From Hormiphora californensis (lineage: Eukaryota > Animalia > Ctenophora): a stretch of DNA of 64,000 bases. This document shows, in pieces, positions 24,384-64,000 of the stretch. Where the stretch lies: the NCBI GenBank assembly GCA_020137815.1, contig CM035358.1:6386001-6450000 (forward strand). Reading direction: 5' to 3'. Each line of letters begins with the position of its first letter. The first letter of the stretch is position 1. The notes under the pieces were generated by a model. It was not told where the DNA came from, ran no database searches, and worked only from the letters and a program-made list of their open reading frames with translations. A program made the position numbers and the translations under genes.

Positions 24384-24801
24384 TCTCTTGCTCTGATTTC
24401 TCTTTTCTTCTACTCTCATTCTCTTCCTTCTCTGACTTATTTCACTGTTTCTTTCAACATGTAGCTTTTTCCATTTCTCTAGCCCGTCTTTTATTTTCTT
24501 TCTTGTTTGCACGCATAGCCAAATTCCAGTGTTTGCCGTTTTAAAAGCTGACTGGCCAGACACTATGCAACACCAAAGGCCCCCCTCTTTAATGAACCTA
24601 TTACCTTGGTGTCTGTCCCATTTTGGGGAACTTTTTTCCCATTTTGGGAATAAATTTCCCTTTTTGGGAGAGTATCATCGTTTAGGTTCCGAAGGGTCGG
24701 CCGTGCATGTCAATGGGACAGTTGTAGTGGTACATGAAAATGTTCCTCTGTCCCCTGACTACATTTTAGTTTGACAAATCTTCTCTCCTCTCTTTTGACC
24801 A

Positions 24802-24833
<32 letters not shown>

Positions 24834-26530
24834 CCCACTGTTGATCCTCCATTGAATCTTTAACCCCCTATCATATCTCTCTAACCCCATATCATATCTC
24901 TCTAACCCCCTATCATATCTCTAACCCCCTATCCTACTTATCTCAGGACCTGGTCTGAACAAGGCTGGTAAGTTCCCCACCTCCCTCTCTCACCAGGAGA
25001 GCATGGAAGAGAAGGTCGAGACTGTCAAGAAGACCATCAAGTTCCAGATGAAGAAGGTTCGTTTTGTTTTTGTCAAAAAATCCTCAATTACCTTATTACC
25101 GCTATATAACGGAACCTCCTATTAGCGTACCTTTAATTAACGTACCTTTAATTAACGAAAATCGGTTTGGGTGTACCATATGTTTGCTATTTTGGAAATT
25201 AACGATACCTAAAATTAACGAAATTATTACCGATTTCGTTAATTAGAGGTTCCGTTATATAGAGGTAATAAGGTACCCTCCCCACCACCCATTTTTTTAT
25301 AGGCCTCTTCGAAGCTGGTTCAGTCACATTGGCTGGGCGGGGGGGACGACATGTTAATTGTTAATAAATCACCTCTTTTTTTCGATTTTGTTAATTAACG
25401 TTAATTAGCAAAATTAACAAAATTAACAAATGCTAAAAGACTGTTCTTATTGGCTGATAATACGACTTTAACTGGTTTAATTTTATAGTTTAATGAATTA
25501 TCTTACACATATATACCCAAACAAGGCCTTTTCCGATAACCAAAGTCCGACATACAGGTTTTTTGGCTCAAAATCGACAAAATTCCAAAAGTTAAAAATA
25601 TTTCAATTTAGCGTATAAAATCTCACTTTAACGTAATTTTTAAATTGGTAATCGATTCTTTGGACGTAATAAGATGATGTACACGTTTCTGTTGAAAAAA
25701 TAAATAAAATTTTCCCAAAATCAATTTTTTGGTCAAGGATTGAAAATTTGCTTCGCTACAAATCCTTGTGTTTTTTTAGAAAAATTGATTTTTGGGATAT
25801 TTTTCGTTTTAAGGTAAATTCATGAGTCTTGTTTAGTTTTTAGGGTGCGAAAATGTGGAAATAGTGTCATTTGACTTCAATTGCGGTTTAGTTTGGCTAG
25901 TATTTATTAACATTTACAAAATGGAATAAATCGCCGTAGAAAAGCCGTAGTAGAGGTAATTGGGTTATGTAAATCGTACAGAATGAACAACTTTGCTCGC
26001 ATAACAAGTGTTAAATACTAAAAATACGTGCTAAAGGGGATTTAGATGGCATAAGTGGCATTTGTTAACGTTTGTTAACTTTTTGTTAATTTTGTTAATA
26101 AATCACCTGTTTTCTCGATGTTAATATTAACAAAGTTAACAAAATTAACATGTCGCACCCCTCGGCTGGGCTAGTCAAAAGAGAGCCAAGATCACATTAC
26201 ATATCTTCAAAAGGTCACGTGGTATTTTTATTGTGCTACGTATCACCCAGAGGAAATACAATTTCTCCTAAATATCACAACTCTACTTTAGCTATAGCAG
26301 GTTTTCACCTATGCGTGTGATCTAGAAAGACCCATACTCTAACACCTCCCCCTTCCCAGGTGTTGTGCCTCTCTGTCGCTGTCGGTAACGTTAACATGGC
26401 CCAGGACGAGCTCCTGGCTAACATTATGTTGGCAGTTAACTTCCTCGTTTCTCTGCTGAAGAAGAACTGGCAGAACGTCCGATCTCTCCACATCAAGAGT
26501 ACCATGGGCAAGGTTCAGAGGATCTACTAG
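23071..26530 (+). CDS. RPL10A: 60S ribosomal protein uL1; exons 23071-23144, 23288-23390, 23731-23805, 24217-24334, 24947-25056, 26360-26530
   Basis: [99 protein letters not shown]. Confidence 0.97.
24510..24766 (+). ncRNA. Long H/ACA-like RNA candidate in RPL10A intron 4
   Basis: Several hairpins, AGAGTA box at ~24669, GTCA..GGGACAG/CTGTCCC..TGAC stem then ACATTT. Confidence 0.45.
25091..25273. mobile_element. TA-flanked MITE
   Basis: TIR CCTTATTACC.CTATATAACGGAACCTC; TA TSD. Confidence 0.75.
25339..26163. mobile_element. Merlin-like MITE inserted in a SNORA16-like copy
   Basis: [22 protein letters not shown] / TTAACATGTCGCACCCCTC; 8-bp TSD GGCTGGGC. Confidence 0.85.
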
Positions 26531-26695
26531 AGATGCTTTTTTCTTATGGCGGATCTCTCGTTTTTTAGCTATTTAAAAAGATTTTGTGTTTCAATGCACC
26601 TCAATCCCCATTCCTCGATCCTTTTTAATGACCCCTGAATATCCAAAATTCACATCCCCTTTTTCTCCACTAACCCACTCTCTTGTGTTTCTAGC

Positions 26696-27359
26696 ATGGG
26701 TTTCCTACCGGGTAACAGTAACCGGTTTGGTCGGCACATTATCCAATATCAACTGTCTGGAGGAGAGATCCGGCCCTTCGCTGGTGAGTTTTAGGTCCCT
26801 TTTTGGGGAGTTTAGGTCCCTTTTTGTAGAGTTTAGGTCTCTTTTTGTAGAGTTTAGGCTCCTTTAGGGGGAGTTTATCGGCCTCTTCGAAGCTGGTTCA
26901 GTCACATTGGCTGGGCTAGTCAAAAGAGAGCCAAGATCACATTACATATCTTCAAAAGGTCACGTGGTATTTTTATTGTGCTACGTATCACCCAGAGGAA
27001 ATACAATTCCTCATTCAAACTAATCCATAACACCCTTCCGAATCACCTCCAACTAACACCCATTCTTCCTCTAGGTTGGGAGTTCCAGGCTAGGAACTAC
27101 ATCCGGCGTGTGTCCACATGGGCCCTAATGTGGGGACCCCCTCTTCTGGCTACCTACGGTGTCATGAAATTCTGCAAGAATGAATATAGACGGTGAGTGA
27201 AACATGACCCCAACATGCTAGAAGTCCTGTTCACTTTTCTTGTCATGTCCCCCATCATGTTTCCTACTTTTTTTTCATGTTTCCTATTTTACAACTCTTC
27301 CTTTGTTCAGATGTTGTTGGGAGGAGTCCAAGGAGTACAAGATCAAGGATGACGAATAA
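26696..27359 (+). CDS. UQCRQ: Cytochrome b-c1 complex subunit 8 (QCR8), 84 aa; exons 26696-26783, 27075-27192, 27311-27359
   Basis: MGFLPGNSNRFGRHIIQYQLSGGEIRPFAGWEFQARNYIRRVSTWALMWGPPLLATYGVMKFCKNEYRR... fits the QCR8 pattern (IIxYxLS, NxxRR, PP, single TM) and length. Confidence 0.75.
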
Positions 27360-27719
27360 ACTACTGGAACACCCCTGGGATTATCTCGGATATCCGCGAT
27401 AAAAGTGGACTATCCACATATCAGGATATCCTTTAATAATGAACTGAACTAGAGACAATACTCTTGGGTTAATTTATTTTCTCATCCCAACCAGAGATAG
27501 ATTTGGACAGTGTTTTCGAGTTTGAGTCGTTGTATTCCCCAATAGTATTTTGTAAAAGTGATGTAAATATGATGTTTGATTTTCGAATTGTATCCGGCTA
27601 CAACCTGCCAACCAACAAAATCCCGGTTTTATAAGTCTTGTCTCTGGTCAAAACGGTGGAAATGGTGATGATTAATCGGAAATGGTCCGGCTGGTGGTGA
27701 TCTCACAGGAAATGGTCGG

Positions 27720-29174
27720 GGGGGGGGGGTTATCATGGTGACAAATGGTGACAGATGGTGACAAATGGTGACTCATCTGACCATTTAGGGTATGTCACCA
27801 TCACCATTTATCACCATTTATCTCCATTTGTCACCATTTGTCTCCATTTTTTAACGAAATATGATGATTTCGGCAGAATTTCTTTAAAATTTTTAATGAA
27901 ATTTGATAAATTATTTTAATTTCTTTAGACCGATATATTTGTTCATAAGTTGTTAACATGGCCATTCCGGATCGGCTAAAGGTCCCCCCAAACTACTATG
28001 TCCCTTGCTGCGCGCGACCGGATTTTAGACGGCCATAGCTCCACCCCCTGATAAGATAGAGACTTGAAATTTGGGTAAGTCGGAAGAACCTGTCCATTCC
28101 TCTCATGAGCGCTCATGAGTGTATCATGAGTGTGTCATGAGTGTATCATGAGCGCTCATGAGACGTTTTTAGGTGTTTCAACGTCTCATGAGCGCTCATG
28201 AGTGTATCATGAGTGTGTCATGAGTGTATCATGAGCGCTCATGAGTGCTCATGAGACCTTGCTCATGAGCGCTCATGAGACATATGTCTCATCCCATCTC
28301 TGTTTCAATGTCTCATGAGCGCTCATGAGACGTTTTGACCTACATGTGCTCATGAGTGTATCATGAGACATGTCTCATGAGACATATGTCTCAATGAGAC
28401 ATGTCTCATGATACACTCATGAGCACATGTAGGTCAAAACGTGTCATGAGCGCTCATGAGACATTGAAACAGAGATGGGATGAGACATATGTCTCATGAG
28501 CGCTCATGAGCAAGGTCTCATGAGCACTCATGAGCGCTCATGATACACTCATGACACACTCATGATACACTCATGAGCGCTCATGAGACGTTGAAACACC
28601 TAAAAACGTCTCATGAGCGCTCATGATACACTCATGATACACTCATGACACACTCATGATACACTCATGAGCGCTCATGAGAGGAACGGACAGGTTCTTC
28701 CGACTTACCGAAATTTGTTTTGTAGGGAGATCATATCGAGTTCTTCGTACAAAACAAATTTCAAGTCTCTATCTTATCAGGGAGTGGAGTTATGACCGTG
28801 GGAAATTTCACAAAACCCGAGTGAGGGACATAGTAGTTTGGGGTGTACACTGTACTTTAGTAGTGTTTTGGACCGCTAAAACTTCCCGAAAGTCACGTTG
28901 AGGGTGTACCTCCCTCGCACAACACATAAAAGCGCAATTAACCACCTGTGACCCTTTAATTACATCCAATCGACTTGAAACTTGGTAGAAGTGTCCCCCA
29001 GTGTCCCATAACATCATATTATGTCCCATAACATCATATTATGCCTGTAGGAAGCTCCAGAGACTGAGAGAATGGTGACAAATGGTGACTCATCTCAAAA
29101 TTTTGGTCATGTCACCATCACCATTTGTCACCATATGTCACCATTTGTCACCATGATTACCCCCCCCCCCCCCC
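27720..29174. mobile_element. Merlin-like element containing two nested insertions
   Basis: Poly-G TIR + ATCATGGTGACAAATGGTGAC; 8-bp TSD ATGGTCGG. Confidence 0.8.
28074..28709. mobile_element. Palindromic foldback MITE built from CTCATGAG units
   Basis: Ends GGTAAGTCGGAAGAACC; 8-bp TSD GAAATTTG; arms pair to a centre at ~28385. Confidence 0.88.
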
Positions 29175-30769
29175 ATGGTCGGAATGAGGCTTCACCCCCA
29201 AATCGGAGTGCCCTGCATGTTGATGGATGTTGGCGTGCGATCCTAGGAAGTTGATGAAAAACTGCGCGCGCTTAATGCTGAAATGTGATGGTTTCATTGA
29301 AGGGAGACTGCGCGCGTTCCAAACTTGTCCAGCATTCTCTCAATATTCACCTTCCGTCACAATCACTGGTGCGGTCTTTACTTTTTGTATTGAGCATACA
29401 ATCTCGAAATCCAGGTCCTGAGTAGAGCTGTGACGTTAGTATAAGAACAGAAAACAGGGAAACCGATTGGTGAACGGATTTCCCTTTTTCTCACCGGCCG
29501 TGAGAGGATATTCTTCAATCTCTGTCTGGCGGTACCAGGTGCCATTACCTACTCACACCACACACAAACAACACCCACACACATCTTCTTCTTCTTCTTT
29601 ACTTGGCCTCTTGACGGCAGTCGGCAGGTCTATTGATCATTAGCACCAGGGTCTACCAGACAGTCTGTGTTTAAACTTGGAAGTACGTAAACACTGGCGA
29701 GGCAATTGCGTGTCCTTCCTCGAGTGTTTGTGTTACTGTGGACTATGGAGGTACACAGACCCAAACAATAACATGACACTTGAATTGTTATATCTACCTC
29801 ATCTCATGCGTATCTACCTCTCTGTCTCTGTCTCTCTATCTCTCTATCTCTCTATCTATCTATCTCTCTATACAAACACCTGGACTGTGTGTGTGTACAA
29901 TTCAGTGGGAGAGCAATGTATAGGGATAAATGATGTGTTGTGGTGGGACGTTAAAGGAGTGGATCTCGGTGTAAAAAGGAGCTGAACAGAGAGAGAAAGT
30001 GGGTGCCCAGTATAATTATAGCTAATGTCACATCACAGAGCTGTCTTCCAAATAAGGCTAAAGAGGGGCATCATGACAGTTACATTGGAAGGGGAGAATT
30101 TTATTTGTCTGTTTACAAACCTGAGACCAGATATGTAATTGTATGTTGTGAGTTGTCACCCCGTCAGACCCCGATTTGACAGTTGTCACCAGACCTTTTG
30201 TTTTGTCAGTGCACTCAGATCGGGTCGACGCTGCAGCAGGCAGCTTCCGGGCAGGATGTCGACGTTTAGGACGAAATGTCGCTAATAAATGCTTCCGGAA
30301 AACATAAATAGTGCATTACCTTGTCTTTTAGTCTCTGAGTTTACTACGGTTGTCTGTCGACTGTCGTATTACGGGTTCATTGCAGCATGTCATTTTGTGC
30401 AAAAAGAGAACTGTCTACTTCCTGTCACTGCTATAGCATTGGCCTGACAACTACTAGACAGTGTACATGATGTACACGTTTATTGTCTGCATAAAGTAAC
30501 CAGATTTAGTATTATAGCACCACTGTTTCAGAGTGTCGACACTCGACAGAGAGACTGGATTCAATTGTTTAGGGCTATTATTGGTAGGTAATCGGCAAAT
30601 TGTGTTTACCTTCCGGATAAATTATAAAAAGTACAAAACAAAAAGTTTTTGCTCTGAAAACTATATGAATCAAGTACCACTGTATAAAAGAAAAATCTAT
30701 TTGAATCATAATCTGAATACCGTAGCAAAATCAAAAAATCATAAAAAACTGCTTAATAATTGAATGTAT

Positions 30770-30923
30770 TATAGTCGGATTTTTTGAAGTTGTCACCCCA
30801 AATGACTGCGCATGTCAAATTTATCAATTTTGACGTGCACTCCACACGTTAACATGTGATGTGGCGTGCAAAAACATTCCGCGCACGAAAAGGGGGGTGA
30901 AAACTTCAAAAAATCCGACTATA
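30770..30923. mobile_element. ~150-bp MITE
   Basis: TIR TATAGTCGGATTTTTTGAAGTT. Confidence 0.7.
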
Positions 30924-31288
30924 GAGAGTTTTGTGTTTGTTCTCTTTTTCTCTCTCTCTTGGTCAGTATACACACACGCAGACTAACTGGGTGAATAAGG
31001 GATCAGTGATTTTATACAAGTTGATAATGTCTGTGTACATGATATCATATTGTACACTGTACATGCATGAAGAGTGTCTGTAAACCCCTTGTCGTCAGAT
31101 CTGAACAGTTTAGTACCATACTCGAAAAGGTCAAAGTAGTACAACCACTTTACTATATCTACCTCTTTCTACATCTCTCCCTCTAGTCTCACTCTACCAC
31201 TTTCTGGCCTCATTGTACTGTCTCTCTCTTTCTTCTTCAAAAATAATACAAAACTAAACGAATTGTTTTTAAGTCCCTTGATGTTATA

Positions 31289-63587
<32,299 letters not shown>

Positions 63588-64000
63588 CTGTAGAGAGGTG
63601 TGTTAACATGTTACCATGGTTACAGAGGTGTGTTAACATGTTACCATGGTTACAGAGAGGTGTGTTAACATGTTACTATGGTTACAGAGGTGTGTTAACA
63701 TGTTACCATTATTACAGAGGTGTGTTAACATGTTACCATGGTTACAGAGAGACGTGTTAACATGTTACCATGGTCACAGAGGTGTTAACATGTCACAGGC
63801 TGAATAAAGAAGATTAGCGGGTGTGCTTTAATTTGAATTGTAAGTGTTATTTGCTGAAAGAGTGCTGACAAAATGCCAAAAATCTGACACACGGTTACCT
63901 AGCGCGTGGATGGGGGAAGAGTGCTCTTACTATATAACTTAGCACCACCTCCTGGGGACAGTTTCACATGCAGATAGAGGGGGGAGAGAGAGGAGGAAGG

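Noticed and set aside
29584-29700. Possible minus-strand 3' end of an RTE-like retroelement with (GAA)n tail
   Set aside because: Too short, with no recognisable ORF support
63898-63975. Possible further RPTP exon or Helitron 5' end (TCTTACTATATAA)
   Set aside because: Exon phase incompatible with the next exon; not preceded by A; window ends

Overview
Eukaryotic (animal) genomic DNA with short GT-AG introns. It is probably a ctenophore such as Pleurobrachia or Hormiphora; this is an inference from repeat content recalled from memory and is not verified. Left half (1-27.4 kb): a tightly packed, all-plus-strand run of UCHL5, two deoxynucleoside kinases, a ~9-kb non-coding multi-exon snoRNA host gene, CMTR2 (with an unusual internal G-patch), RPL24, RPL10A and UQCRQ/QCR8. 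Every visible start codon has a polypyrimidine-AG acceptor 1-7 nt upstream, which suggests an SL-trans-spliced operon. Most introns of this unit hold a C/D or H/ACA snoRNA/scaRNA candidate (>30 copies). Near-identical snoRNA cassettes recur in unrelated introns of different genes, with homology ending at the mature-RNA ends or at the 5' splice site, suggesting snoRNA shuffling within the unit. Right half (31.3-64 kb): a minus-strand receptor tyrosine phosphatase (Ig/FN3, TM, D1+D2). Its introns contain an intact L2/Crack-like LINE, nested Merlin-like, hAT and Helitron elements, a foldback element and a TE-associated exon duplication. rRNA/snRNA target assignments rely on remembered conserved eukaryotic sequences, not on this organism's RNAs.
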